From IMG/VR virus record IMGVR_UViG_3300027808_000017, positions 1-64,000 of that record: 64,000 bases of DNA. One strand, given 5' to 3'. Origin of the DNA: a virus. Its lineage: Duplodnaviria > Heunggongvirae > Uroviricota > Caudoviricetes. Below are positions 1-9,313 of this stretch, in pieces. Numbering within the stretch: position 1 is the stretch's first letter; the number at the start of each line of letters is the position of its first letter. The notes under the pieces were generated by a model. That model was not told the DNA's origin. It searched no databases and saw only the letters and a list, made by a program, of their open reading frames with translations. Both the position numbers and the translations under genes were made by a program.

Positions 1-19
1 TACGAAAGAGCAAAACAAA

Positions 20-442
20 ATGGGACTATTTGATATATTTAAAAAGAAGCCAGTAGAACAGGTCGTAGCACCTGTTAAGGAAAAGAAACCTCGCACTCCC
101 AAAGTAAAAGAACCCATCAAGGAATTATCCGCTAAGGAAAAAGCAACCGCGGCAGGTGAACCTTATGTCAATGTATTGAGTATGGAAATTGATCCTGACA
201 ATATTAATGCAGGTGCATTTGAACTCGACTGGAACGACAAATTCATTCTTAATTTAATAAAAGCGGGTTACAAGATGCGTGACGATGATAAGGATACTGA
301 TTTAGTCGATAGGTGGTTTCAGACAGTGGCCAGAAACATTGCTTTAGAAGTATACGAGCAAGCACAAGCAGATCCAACTAACAGAGATTTACGAGAAATC
401 AAAACACGTGATTTGGGTAACGGGCGCACAGAAGTAAGTTAA
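20..442 (+). CDS. hypothetical protein, Lys/Pro-rich N-terminus
   Basis: 140-aa ORF in track; no recognisable motif. Confidence 0.45.
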   Translation: MGLFDIFKKKPVEQVVAPVKEKKPRTPKVKEPIKELSAKEKATAAGEPYVNVLSMEIDPDNINAGAFELDWNDKFILNLIKAGYKMRDDDKDTDLVDRWFQTVARNIALEVYEQAQADPTNRDLREIKTRDLGNGRTEVS

Positions 443-517
443 AGTATTATAAATTTTGGTTGACAATTAATTGATTCGGTGCTAAACTAACTACTTCTTT
501 ATAGATAGGAGTGACTC

Positions 518-1702
518 ATGGCATATTACTACAAATGGAAAAGTAATAATCAAAAACTTAAATTAGAACCCATTGACAATAAACTCAAACGTGAAAAAAA
601 TACGTTTAAAGTTAAAGATGTTGTTGGACTAACTGATGAATTAAATGATAGGTCCAACTCAGGATGGCATGAAAACATTGCACACTATATTGCAAACAAT
701 ATTTATTTTGAACTTAACAAACGTCCTAAACATGCACAAATAGAATTACGGTTATTGCTTAGTGATGAAGATATTCAGCGACTATTAGACGGCGGTCATT
801 GTGGTGATATTTCAGCACCGGGTGTATTTGATGAGCGCCGATTAAACCCTATCTTTGCAGTAAAACTTCTTAACGAAGATTATTTTCACGTTACTGATGG
901 TCAACATACACTTGCGGTAATTGCTGGCTTGGCAAGAAAAGGTAGATTAAAAATTGATGGCAATATTATTGAATCAAAAGATTGGTTAAGTGTCAAAGTT
1001 GATGTAATGTATGTAGAAAGCGATAGTCTTAGTTTTGCACGTAAACACTTTTTGTATATTAACGGTGAAGGTAAGAAACCCATAGAAGAATACGATAATC
1101 ATGCAGTGAATACATTGTGTGTTCGTTTAGATAGTGATACTGATCCTGATTCTATTAAAGCAGAGGAATTGCAATCTATCGCAGAAGAATACGGTATTAC
1201 TACATTACCTAAAAATCACCCTCAAGCAGAAGAACCCAATGCAGTAACACACATTAGTGGTATGAACAAGATGACTGCTGATGCATGGAGATTCTTGTGT
1301 GCAAATCACGAAAAATATTGGTCGAGCGAAAAAGTTGACAATGCTGAATTTGGTTTATTTGGTGGTCTATATGAACATTGCACTAAACCTAAATCAGGCA
1401 TTCGCACTGATACTAAGGCTTTTATAGAATTTGTACGTGACTTTAATGCTACTGTAAAAGAAGTTTTTGTTAATCCAAATGGATTAAAGGAAGCTACTAC
1501 TGAGGCATATAAAAAATATTCTTTACAAACAGTAAAATATGAAAAGAGTCCTGACAAAACAGTTGCATTAGCATTAATTTTAAAGATTTACAAAATGGCA
1601 GGTGGCACACATACAGTTCCGGGGATTGTAATGGCTCATGCACAAGACGGATATGATGTTACTGATTTTCTCTCAGAAGAAATTAAAGCAAAATTACCAT
1701 GA
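518..1702 (+). CDS. DGQHR-domain protein (DndB-like / ParB-like nuclease superfamily)
   Basis: 394-aa ORF; motif FHVTDGQHTLAVIAG matches the F-x-V-x-DGQH(R/T)-x-x-A core of DndB/DGQHR proteins; RBS GGAG upstream of ATG 518. Confidence 0.55.
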   Translation: MAYYYKWKSNNQKLKLEPIDNKLKREKNTFKVKDVVGLTDELNDRSNSGWHENIAHYIANNIYFELNKRPKHAQIELRLLLSDEDIQRLLDGGHCGDISAPGVFDERRLNPIFAVKLLNEDYFHVTDGQHTLAVIAGLARKGRLKIDGNIIESKDWLSVKVDVMYVESDSLSFARKHFLYINGEGKKPIEEYDNHAVNTLCVRLDSDTDPDSIKAEELQSIAEEYGITTLPKNHPQAEEPNAVTHISGMNKMTADAWRFLCANHEKYWSSEKVDNAEFGLFGGLYEHCTKPKSGIRTDTKAFIEFVRDFNATVKEVFVNPNGLKEATTEAYKKYSLQTVKYEKSPDKTVALALILKIYKMAGGTHTVPGIVMAHAQDGYDVTDFLSEEIKAKLP

Positions 1703-2121
1703 AATGGTTTTATATCATCAAGACTAGCCACAATGATACGCTAGGATTTGGAATTACTGCTCACTTATCTAAACGATTGGTTGATGGTTATTGCAATCCT
1801 AGCGCGGCAAAACAACAATTTTCAAAATTGTATTACGGAGAAAATCTGCATGTCAATCAATTAGAAAAATATATTAAACGTGTGTACAGTAGTAAACGAT
1901 TAAACTTTACTAACACACGTACCCGTAAACTTGAATGGATTGATCCAAAATATGATATTTCTATGCAAGAGTTGATTGAAGTGGTTGAGGATCGTATTGT
2001 AGGATATCCCTTACCGATTAGTCGTGTTAAGGGTAAATTCGTACCATACACACTTGATAATCCTGACGTATTTAGAACTATAACCGAAAATCCTGATTTG
2101 TTTTTAGAAGAAATCACTTGA
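1699..2121 (+). CDS. hypothetical protein
   Basis: 140-aa ORF, ATGA overlap with upstream gene. Confidence 0.45.
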   Translation: MKWFYIIKTSHNDTLGFGITAHLSKRLVDGYCNPSAAKQQFSKLYYGENLHVNQLEKYIKRVYSSKRLNFTNTRTRKLEWIDPKYDISMQELIEVVEDRIVGYPLPISRVKGKFVPYTLDNPDVFRTITENPDLFLEEIT

Positions 2122-2146
2122 CAATATTTAAATATACGTATATAAT
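2118..2146 (+). promoter_or_regulatory. sigma70-type promoter (TTGACA-17-TATAAT) immediately upstream of FEN gene
   Basis: TTGACA 2118-2123, 17-nt spacer, TATAAT 2141-2146; ATG at 2153 is only 7 nt downstream, implying a leaderless transcript. Confidence 0.5.
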
Positions 2147-2152
2147 ACACAC

Positions 2153-3163
2153 ATGACACACAAAACTTACGCACTCATTGATACCGCAAATACCTTCTTC
2201 CGTGCTAGACACGTTGCTAGTCGCAACTCTACATTAGAAGAAAAAATCGGCATGGCCCTACACTTGACACTTGCTAGTGTTAATCAAGCAGTAAGACGCT
2301 ATGGAATTGACCATGTTGTATTTTGCTTGGAGGGGAAATCGTGGAGGAAGGCAGTATACGGTCCTTACAAAAAAAATCGTGTGGTTGATGCAATGTCAGT
2401 CACTGAGGAAGAAAAAGAAGAATCGGCTATGTTTTGGGATACTTACGAAAAGTTTACCACATACATACGAGAGAAAACTAACGTCAGTGTACTCAGGCAC
2501 GAACGGGCTGAGGCTGATGATTTGATTGCCCGTTTTATCCATCTACATCCAAATGACACGCATTATATTATTAGCACTGATTCCGATTATGTTCAGCTTA
2601 TTACTGATAAAGTGTTCCAGTACAATGGAGTCGCAAATGAACTCATCACACTCTCCGGATATCTTAAAGATACGGGTAAGCCGATACTAGATAAGAAAAC
2701 TAAACAGCCTAAATTGTTAGAGGATCCACAGTACTTACTTTTTAAAAAATGTATGAGGGGAGACAGTTCCGACAACGTATTCAGTGCGTATCCGGGTGTG
2801 CGTGAAAAAGGTTCTAAGAATAAGGTTGGTTTGATTGAAGCATACGAAGATAGAATGAAGCAAGGTTTTTCGTGGAACAATCTAATGTTGCAACGCTGGC
2901 TGGACCACGAAAATGTCGAGCATCGGGTTAAAGATGACTATGAACGCAATCGTATGCTGATTGACTTAACTGCACAACCTGACGAGATTAAACAATTGGT
3001 TGATGAATCAATTCACAATGGTGTTCGTACAACTACAACATCTCAAGTTGGTATACACTTTATGAAATTTTGTAACAAATACGAATTGACTAAGCTCAGT
3101 GAACAATCAGAAACATATTCACGGTGGCTTAACAATCCCTATACAGGTGTACTCAATGGATAA
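2153..3163 (+). CDS. 5'-3' exonuclease / flap endonuclease (RNase H, T4 rnh / T5 D15-like)
   Basis: N-terminus YALIDTANTFFRA resembles FEN/PIN N-termini (LLLIDGNSLAYRAFFA-type), 336 aa, acidic clusters typical of FEN active site. Confidence 0.75.
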   Translation: MTHKTYALIDTANTFFRARHVASRNSTLEEKIGMALHLTLASVNQAVRRYGIDHVVFCLEGKSWRKAVYGPYKKNRVVDAMSVTEEEKEESAMFWDTYEKFTTYIREKTNVSVLRHERAEADDLIARFIHLHPNDTHYIISTDSDYVQLITDKVFQYNGVANELITLSGYLKDTGKPILDKKTKQPKLLEDPQYLLFKKCMRGDSSDNVFSAYPGVREKGSKNKVGLIEAYEDRMKQGFSWNNLMLQRWLDHENVEHRVKDDYERNRMLIDLTAQPDEIKQLVDESIHNGVRTTTTSQVGIHFMKFCNKYELTKLSEQSETYSRWLNNPYTGVLNG

Positions 3164-3359
3164 GAAAATTAGAATTAATTTAGCCGGCATTGATGAACTT
3201 GACGAACAAACATTGGGTATGTTGATTGACGGGCTTGTTGAACTATATCAAGAAAAATATGGATTAGATATTTTACTTGACGAACCAGACAAACCCGAGT
3301 ATGATGCAGAGAACTTGGATGTTGTAAAAGATTACTTGAAAAAATTTAGATTACAATGA
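3156..3359 (+). CDS. small highly acidic protein (possible DNA-mimic type)
   Basis: in-frame ATG 3156 (MDKKIRINL...) overlapping end of FEN gene; D/E-rich 67 aa. Confidence 0.35.
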   Translation: MDKKIRINLAGIDELDEQTLGMLIDGLVELYQEKYGLDILLDEPDKPEYDAENLDVVKDYLKKFRLQ

Positions 3360-3838
3360 ATGAGAAAATAACTTATTATAAAAAAGTGGGTCGTAGATAC
3401 AGGGCCGTGTATGAGTACGACCAAAAACTTAGTGATGCATTACCAAAAGGTACTCATCTAATACAGGTTTATCCAGGTGGAAAATTAACACGTTACAATA
3501 TAAACCCTGCACATGCACCAATGATTGCGGCTGGTCGTGTAGCAGAGGATAAGATTAGTGAGGTAATTAGAAAAGCCACTGACATGCGTCCTGCTAGTAA
3601 AGAAACAAAATTAACAGAAGAACAAATACGTTGCTGGAATGAACTAAGCAAAGCGTTTGGTGAAGATAACCACGCATTACAATGGCCCAGTGCTAGGGAA
3701 GCCTGTGAGGAAGCAGTCAAGGCAATGCAAGAGGAAGCAGAAAAACTACTAGCTGTGCCAGCAGTTAGAAAAGCCTATGAACATTTCTTGTTTGTAGCAG
3801 AATTAACCAAGGATACTAAAAATGAATCTAATAGCTAA
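3356..3838 (+). CDS. hypothetical protein
   Basis: 160-aa ORF, ATGA overlap. Confidence 0.45.
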   Translation: MNEKITYYKKVGRRYRAVYEYDQKLSDALPKGTHLIQVYPGGKLTRYNINPAHAPMIAAGRVAEDKISEVIRKATDMRPASKETKLTEEQIRCWNELSKAFGEDNHALQWPSAREACEEAVKAMQEEAEKLLAVPAVRKAYEHFLFVAELTKDTKNESNS

Positions 3839-4283
3839 ACCAATTATTAAAAATCAATATTGGGTAGTCACTGATGGTGACAAAAAAGTTGGTAATGTTA
3901 TTCAAGAGGGTAGTGAATACAAAGTTAAACTCAACAACAAAACTGAACTCTATGATAGCACCAAGGCTATTGAAAAACTTAAGCATATAGAATTTGAGAA
4001 ACTTGCAAAGGTCAAACCCAAGGACACTAGCCCGCCCTTTGCAGTCTTCCCAACAAGTAGGAATAAAATCTATAACAGCATATTAGATGTCAAGCGTAAG
4101 TTACATTTGTACACTACTACCCCAAAAAGCAAGTGTTACTATGTTGCTGGTTGGTTTGCTATCAAGACCGGTGCTGAGTATGTTGCTACTTTTTGTCCTA
4201 AATACATATTTGTTCAACGGTATAATTACAAAGGACCGTTTAACTCTGAGGTCGAAGCAAATAGTAGCATAAATACTCTATGA
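3822..4283 (+). CDS. hypothetical protein
   Basis: 153-aa ORF. Confidence 0.45.
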   Translation: MNLIAKPIIKNQYWVVTDGDKKVGNVIQEGSEYKVKLNNKTELYDSTKAIEKLKHIEFEKLAKVKPKDTSPPFAVFPTSRNKIYNSILDVKRKLHLYTTTPKSKCYYVAGWFAIKTGAEYVATFCPKYIFVQRYNYKGPFNSEVEANSSINTL

Positions 4284-4468
4284 ATCAAATAAAAAAATTT
4301 ATTGATAAAATAACGGTCATAGAAGGACGTCAAGCACGGGAAGTTGTACTTACACTCAATGATGCCAAAGAATTACGTGATGAAATTATGAAAATTCTAT
4401 TGGATAATCGTGAGTACAATAAAGAACCCGAAACTATTAAAGTAGTGATGCAGGGCGGTAAATGGTAA
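4280..4468 (+). CDS. hypothetical protein
   Basis: 62-aa ORF, ATGA overlap. Confidence 0.4.
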   Translation: MNQIKKFIDKITVIEGRQAREVVLTLNDAKELRDEIMKILLDNREYNKEPETIKVVMQGGKW

Positions 4469-4472
4469 ATTA

Positions 4473-4766
4473 ATGAGCAGAACACAACCCAAAGTTATAT
4501 TAGAAATAACAGATAAAGTCACATACAAATGTGACCAAATTGTAGAAGCTGCAGGTATATGGGCTGTGTTTTATGACGGGCAACCAATTAACTTAAAAGC
4601 ACAACATGCCTACGATAGTGAGAGTGTCCCAAAGTATAAAAAGACCAGTTTCAGTAATCCCGGTCATGCAAGAAACCTGTGTCGTAAATTAAACGCACAA
4701 TTTAAATCAGATAAATTCAGTGTCGTGTTTATGAACAACGGTACTAAAGTTTATCCTGATGACTAA
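4473..4766 (+). CDS. hypothetical protein
   Basis: 97-aa ORF. Confidence 0.45.
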   Translation: MSRTQPKVILEITDKVTYKCDQIVEAAGIWAVFYDGQPINLKAQHAYDSESVPKYKKTSFSNPGHARNLCRKLNAQFKSDKFSVVFMNNGTKVYPDD

Positions 4767-5157
4767 ACCCTCATATAAAGAAATTATTACCGAGGCAGTT
4801 GTAAATCAATTGCCAACAGGATTTGAGGTCTTGAAAGAAGATGCATTAAAGACATGGTGGTTTACTGGTCAGAGTAGTGACGTATTAAGATTAAGCGAAA
4901 CCGGTGATGTGAATTTTCGCATAGCACAAATTGAATTTTATCAATATGATTTTACACCCAAAACTGAAGATAGTTATTATCGGTACATGAGTGACTTGGG
5001 GAAGAAAATACGTTGCCCCTATTTTTTAGGTGTAAATAAAGTTGAAGGAAAGAAAAGTAAACCATACATAAGATTATATGATAGCAAGATTGCTATGATG
5101 ATTAGCTTATATGGGAACTTGGACAGTTATTTAAAATCAGTGAGGATACGAAAATGA
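4759..5157 (+). CDS. hypothetical protein
   Basis: 132-aa ORF. Confidence 0.45.
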   Translation: MTKPSYKEIITEAVVNQLPTGFEVLKEDALKTWWFTGQSSDVLRLSETGDVNFRIAQIEFYQYDFTPKTEDSYYRYMSDLGKKIRCPYFLGVNKVEGKKSKPYIRLYDSKIAMMISLYGNLDSYLKSVRIRK

Positions 5158-5330
5158 CAGAAGAAAAGAAAAGTAAGAACCCATTTGTGAATTTGGCTAA
5201 TGAAGCCAAAAAGAACAATAATGAACTTCACCCTGGATTGGGCAAAGCACCAAAGAAACAAGGACCAAAATTTAATACAAAAGGTTTTGGTGGTGCAAGT
5301 GTAATAAGACGGACAGGTCGTGGTGGATAG
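5154..5330 (+). CDS. small Lys-rich protein (58 aa, not in ORF track)
   Basis: ATG 5154 overlapping TGA of upstream gene (ATGA); MTEEKKSKNPFVNLANEAKK...; ends TAG 5328-5330. Confidence 0.35.
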   Translation: MTEEKKSKNPFVNLANEAKKNNNELHPGLGKAPKKQGPKFNTKGFGGASVIRRTGRGG

Positions 5331-5389
5331 TGTCAACGGAATCAATGCCTAAGGCGTTATATATAAATAATTTAACAAAGGAAACTAAA

Positions 5390-5584
5390 ATGAAACAACT
5401 CATCGTAATTATCATGACCACATTTGCATTAACAGCATTTGCCGCAGAACCAGCAACGGCTCCTGCGCCAGCGGCAGCACCTGCTAAAGACAGTAAAATG
5501 AAATTAGCTAAAAAGAAAGACCATAGCAAAGATAAAAAGGTTAAAAAGGACGCCACCAAAAGTCCCAGTAAACCAGCTAAGTGA
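5390..5584 (+). CDS. secreted Lys/Ala/Pro-rich protein
   Basis: start MKQLIVIIMTTFALTAFAAEP (signal peptide) with RBS AAAGGAAAC; C-terminal PAPAAAPAKD...KKVKKDATKSPSKPAK. Confidence 0.5.
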   Translation: MKQLIVIIMTTFALTAFAAEPATAPAPAAAPAKDSKMKLAKKKDHSKDKKVKKDATKSPSKPAK

Positions 5585-5777
5585 TGCTGAGGACGAGGAT
5601 GATGACGAATCATCTAGTCCAGACATAGTAGCGCATCGTGGTTATAGTCGTCCAAAGATTATTAACCATGAGTCTGATACTGATAACTTATCGGATCATG
5701 TAAAATTTAGGTTGTTTCTTGCTAGGAATTTAGCAATGAAAAAGTTTAGAGAAAAACGTAGTCAGGCATAAATATTA

Positions 5778-5812
5778 ATGCAGTTATGGGTTCTGCATAA
5801 AAACCCTTTTTA
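5778..5812 (+). terminator. rho-independent terminator-like hairpin
   Basis: ATGCAG..CTGCAT and GGGTT..AACCC stems followed by TTTTT. Confidence 0.4.
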
Positions 5813-5836
5813 AACACACTAACACAGGAGAAAATT

Positions 5837-6133
5837 ATGATTCAATCTTTCACACATGATGCCGTTGACGCGGTACAAACGGGTAAACTACAATTTGTTT
5901 CAGCTTTCGTTAAACACGAAGGTCTAGCAGAAACAATGACTAAATTTGTTGAAGCCCAAACAGAATACACCAAATCAGTATTAGATACAAACATTGATAC
6001 AATGTTGAATTTCGGTACACTTATTACAAAGAAAGACTTTGTTAAGGACCTTATCTCATCATATGGCTTTGATAAATTTGTACCCGCTATGCCGACTGCA
6101 CCTGCTAAATCTGCAAGTAAAAAGGCTAAGTAA
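5837..6133 (+). CDS. hypothetical protein with Ala/Pro/Lys-rich tail (phasin-like?)
   Basis: 98-aa ORF with RBS AGGAGAAAATT; C-terminus PAMPTAPAKSASKKAK. Confidence 0.45.
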   Translation: MIQSFTHDAVDAVQTGKLQFVSAFVKHEGLAETMTKFVEAQTEYTKSVLDTNIDTMLNFGTLITKKDFVKDLISSYGFDKFVPAMPTAPAKSASKKAK

Positions 6134-6479
6134 CTATGATGCCCTCCCTAATAGAGGTTATCAGAAACCTCTTTAAAAAATCAACCTATGGGTCTGACCT
6201 AGAAAAATATATTACTAACCGTTGTCCACAAAATTGCGGGGATGTAGAACGTTACACAATAGAATATCACAATAGAAAGGGTTCTATCCTATGAAATCCT
6301 TATGCAAATTCTATGAGTTTTTAATTATATGGGTAGAAATAATTCACGAATACCGTAAATTAAATAAGTCAAAATATTATTAATACCCAAAAGAATTGAT
6401 TGTATAGCATAACAATGTTATACTTCAATCGTGTTCACAAGGAACACAAACAGACATACACACATTAAAGGAGAAGATT

Positions 6480-6737
6480 ATGTCAAATTTACCAGAAGTA
6501 AAATTCAACAAAAACGGCTACGAGATTCGTACAGATATTTTAGACATGGCCAAGAGCATGGTCAGTGAAGAATTTCACGCCAAGTGGCACGGTTGGGAAA
6601 TGACTGCCGCACGTGATGAGAAAACCAATCAAATTGTTAGCACAGTTAAAATGCCAGAATTTCCAGGACTTGATAAGGTTCTTGAAACAGCAGAAAAGAT
6701 GTACAGTTTTGTAAATCAAGGCACTACTAAAAAGTAA
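6480..6737 (+). CDS. hypothetical protein
   Basis: 85 aa; RBS AAAGGAGAAGATT ATG. Confidence 0.5.
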   Translation: MSNLPEVKFNKNGYEIRTDILDMAKSMVSEEFHAKWHGWEMTAARDEKTNQIVSTVKMPEFPGLDKVLETAEKMYSFVNQGTTKK

Positions 6738-6756
6738 TACTTTTAGTTTCAAAAGA

Positions 6757-6782
6757 AGCTCCGCTAGTCGGGGCTTTTTTTT
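6757..6782 (+). terminator. rho-independent terminator
   Basis: GAAGCTCCG..CGGGGCTT stem followed by T9. Confidence 0.6.
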
Positions 6783-6791
6783 GCCCAAAAT

Positions 6792-6820
6792 TTGACAATA
6801 AATGGATACTCTGCTATACT
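6792..6820 (+). promoter_or_regulatory. sigma70-type early promoter (family member)
   Basis: TTGACA-17-TATACT followed by conserved UTR ...TGTATTGATTAATTAAAGGAGC. Confidence 0.6.
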
Positions 6821-6850
6821 ACGTGTATTGATTAATTAAAGGAGCTATCA

Positions 6851-7123
6851 ATGACCCAAGTTTATGATGCACTGAGCGAAAGCCAAAAACGTGACATTCG
6901 CATGTATGGCGTGACCGAAGCCGAGATGAAAGAGGCTGTAGAACAAAGTATTACTTTTCGTCATAGTGGTCCTGCTATGATGGCAGCTAGCCTGATGAGT
7001 GATTGTCAGGAAATGATTGCACATGACAACGGCGGATCGTATGATTTCATGGTTATCGAAGATGTTCGCCAAGCACTGAATCGTGCTAAGTGGATCCTCT
7101 TTGAATACTGTGACAAAAGGTAA
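6851..7123 (+). CDS. hypothetical early protein
   Basis: 90 aa, downstream of family promoter. Confidence 0.5.
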   Translation: MTQVYDALSESQKRDIRMYGVTEAEMKEAVEQSITFRHSGPAMMAASLMSDCQEMIAHDNGGSYDFMVIEDVRQALNRAKWILFEYCDKR

Positions 7124-7147
7124 TACTTAATGTTACATACCCAAAAC

Positions 7148-7176
7148 TTGACAATAAATCGGTTTGGGTATATAAT
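7148..7176 (+). promoter_or_regulatory. sigma70-type early promoter (family member)
   Basis: TTGACA-17(ATAAATCGGTTTGGGTA)-TATAAT; UTR CTTGTATTGATTGATTAAAGGAG. Confidence 0.65.
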
Positions 7177-7206
7177 ACTTGTATTGATTGATTAAAGGAG
7201 CTAGTT

Positions 7207-7443
7207 ATGAAGGTAAAACTTTTTGTTACAGGTAGTCAGAATTACATGTATTTCAAAAACAAACTTCCTACTAGGCGTTGGGATTACTGTGAAACACCCC
7301 GCAATGTGACTATTATCCCTGATCCGGTCAACGTCTATCAAGACGGTGAGTATGGTTTTGTGACAGTTTTTGGTCGTAAGATTTTTGTCAAATGTGACGG
7401 AAGTCATTGGGAAATCGTTGGTGCTGAGAAGCCCAAAACTTGA
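7207..7443 (+). CDS. hypothetical early protein
   Basis: 78 aa. Confidence 0.5.
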   Translation: MKVKLFVTGSQNYMYFKNKLPTRRWDYCETPRNVTIIPDPVNVYQDGEYGFVTVFGRKIFVKCDGSHWEIVGAEKPKT

Positions 7444-7468
7444 CAATAAATGGATTAGGGTATATAAT
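7440..7468 (+). promoter_or_regulatory. sigma70-type early promoter (family member)
   Basis: TTGACA (overlaps stop of upstream gene)-17-TATAAT; UTR AGACTCTTAGACAGTAAAGAAAAGGAAACGAA. Confidence 0.65.
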
Positions 7469-7500
7469 AGACTCTTAGACAGTAAAGAAAAGGAAACGAA

Positions 7501-7878
7501 ATGTCAAACGAATTAAAATCTTGGGAAGAAATGTCTGCACTAGAGCAGGCCCAATGTACATATTGGGATATGTACAAGGATGCTTACGGCGTTCGCCCCC
7601 GCGGTATTGACACTTCTGATTGGACCCTTAGGGATTTTGAAGCAGAGTTTGCTTCATTGGCTACTGCTATTGAACGTATGGAAACTCTACGTAAAATTGC
7701 TGAGGCAGAGACTATCGCCAAATTTGAGCAACACGTGACCAACACTATATGCATGGGTGCTCGGAATCGTGAGACCGCACTTAATTGGATCATGGATGCT
7801 AGCAACGCCAATGGTGACTGGGAGTACTTTTGTTTTATTGAAGGGTTACCTTATAGCTACTTCAGAAAAGCGGCCTAA
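7501..7878 (+). CDS. hypothetical early protein
   Basis: 125 aa. Confidence 0.5.
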   Translation: MSNELKSWEEMSALEQAQCTYWDMYKDAYGVRPRGIDTSDWTLRDFEAEFASLATAIERMETLRKIAEAETIAKFEQHVTNTICMGARNRETALNWIMDASNANGDWEYFCFIEGLPYSYFRKAA

Positions 7879-7880
7879 GG

Positions 7881-7909
7881 TTGACAATAAATAGATTTGG
7901 GTATATAAT
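7881..7909 (+). promoter_or_regulatory. sigma70-type early promoter (family member)
   Basis: TTGACA-17(ATAAATAGATTTGGGTA)-TATAAT. Confidence 0.65.
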
Positions 7910-7938
7910 ACTTGTATTGATTGATTAAAGGAGTTGAA

Positions 7939-8211
7939 ATGTCTGCACTAGTTGAATACACATTGGAACTGTACAAATCTGACAAACGTGTTACGGGCGG
8001 TAAGCGTCTTGTCACTAAAGAAGAATTTGCCCCTGTCACTAGAGCCTACATCAAGGCTGTGATTGAGTCAAAAACTAAGTTGGGTTTCATTGTTGAACCC
8101 CATGAGACTTATGTTACCAAACGCAACATGATGACCGGTAAAACATATCAGGAACGTTATGATACACCGTATTTCTGTTCACCCTCTAGCGAATCTTTTT
8201 GGAGCAATTAA
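7939..8211 (+). CDS. hypothetical early protein
   Basis: ATG 7939 after AAAGGAG; track ORF began at upstream TTG. Confidence 0.5.
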   Translation: MSALVEYTLELYKSDKRVTGGKRLVTKEEFAPVTRAYIKAVIESKTKLGFIVEPHETYVTKRNMMTGKTYQERYDTPYFCSPSSESFWSN

Positions 8212-8213
8212 TC

Positions 8214-8387
8214 ATGGCAGGTAAAGCAAAATCAATATATCTCACAGTAACCCCTAAGGGTCAATTACAAAGTGTTTTCAATAGGGTGTTCTTTGATGCT
8301 AAGTCCTACAATGAGTACATCAAGTCGGACGAATGCAAAGAAAAATATCCTGCTGACAAATTCGATATCATCAAAGAAACATATTAA
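8214..8387 (+). CDS. hypothetical small protein
   Basis: MAGKAKSIYL...; GGAG 11 nt upstream. Confidence 0.4.
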   Translation: MAGKAKSIYLTVTPKGQLQSVFNRVFFDAKSYNEYIKSDECKEKYPADKFDIIKETY

Positions 8388-8396
8388 GGAATAATC

Positions 8397-9125
8397 ATGC
8401 CTGGATTTGTAGATGTTACTGGTTGGTCTAAACAAGAAATTCAACGTCTTGGTCACGAGGATGACGATACACCTGATACAAAAACAGTATTCCGTGTTAA
8501 AAAGGAACCTAATATTAATTTCCAAGCTGATGATGTTTGGGCGGCTGCTTGTCAGGCTCAACAAGTCAATGGCAGTTATGTTAAACTCGGGGATGAAACT
8601 CAAAACACCAATCGTCAAATTATGTTTAGACTGTTGGCAGACACTACCCAAATTACCGATGAAAATCGTGTACAGGGTACAAAGGTTCGTCAATACTATC
8701 AAGCATTCACTTTCAAAATCCTTAAGGGAATTGCATTAAATGATTTTGATAACAATGCAATGCTTATCAGTAATCGCAATGTTATTACCAAACAGTATGA
8801 CGTAGCAGTCATTGCCAGCTTGCCACAAAGCTATGAACGAGGTTCTAAGCGAGCCAGTGTTACTCAACGGATTAAATTTGCTACTGGTGGTTATATCGGT
8901 CAACCCAGTGACAAAGTTACATTGACTATTGAACTATTGAAAGATGTTTATAGTCAGAAGTGGAATACAAATTATTTTACAGGTATTACAACTGATGACC
9001 AAATAGTATTTTTTGCTTATAATGGTACTGGTAAATTAGATATCGGTGATACATACACAATTCAGGGTACTGTTAAAGCGCACCGCGACAACAGTACGCA
9101 ACTAAATCGGGTAAAGTTTGTTTGA
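8397..9125 (+). CDS. hypothetical protein
   Basis: 242 aa; RBS AAGGAATAATC ATG. Confidence 0.5.
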   Translation: MPGFVDVTGWSKQEIQRLGHEDDDTPDTKTVFRVKKEPNINFQADDVWAAACQAQQVNGSYVKLGDETQNTNRQIMFRLLADTTQITDENRVQGTKVRQYYQAFTFKILKGIALNDFDNNAMLISNRNVITKQYDVAVIASLPQSYERGSKRASVTQRIKFATGGYIGQPSDKVTLTIELLKDVYSQKWNTNYFTGITTDDQIVFFAYNGTGKLDIGDTYTIQGTVKAHRDNSTQLNRVKFV

Positions 9126-9150
9126 CAATATATCCGGTTCGTAGTATACT
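9122..9150 (+). promoter_or_regulatory. sigma70-type promoter
   Basis: TTGACA-17-TATACT. Confidence 0.5.
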
Positions 9151-9182
9151 ACAATCATTCTTTCACACACAGGAGTTATACA

Positions 9183-9313
9183 TGAGTCATTTTATCGCAT
9201 TCATTCTTGGTATCGTAGTCGCAACAGTAGGCTTTACTGGTGTTGCTAAAATGCTTGACAACGGTGTCAACAAGACCAAAACAATTGTACAAGAACAAGC
9301 TAAGGAACAGTAA
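9183..9313 (+). CDS. small single-pass membrane protein
   Basis: MSHFIAFILGIVVATVGFTGV... after AGGAGTTATAC. Confidence 0.45.

Noticed and set aside
2301-2525. ORF 2301-2525 (+)
   Set aside because: It sits inside the FEN gene in another frame and carries no RBS.
8265-8739. ORFs 8413-8739 (+) and 8265-8702 (-)
   Set aside because: They overlap the 242-aa ORF 8397-9125, which has a proper RBS. There is no independent support.
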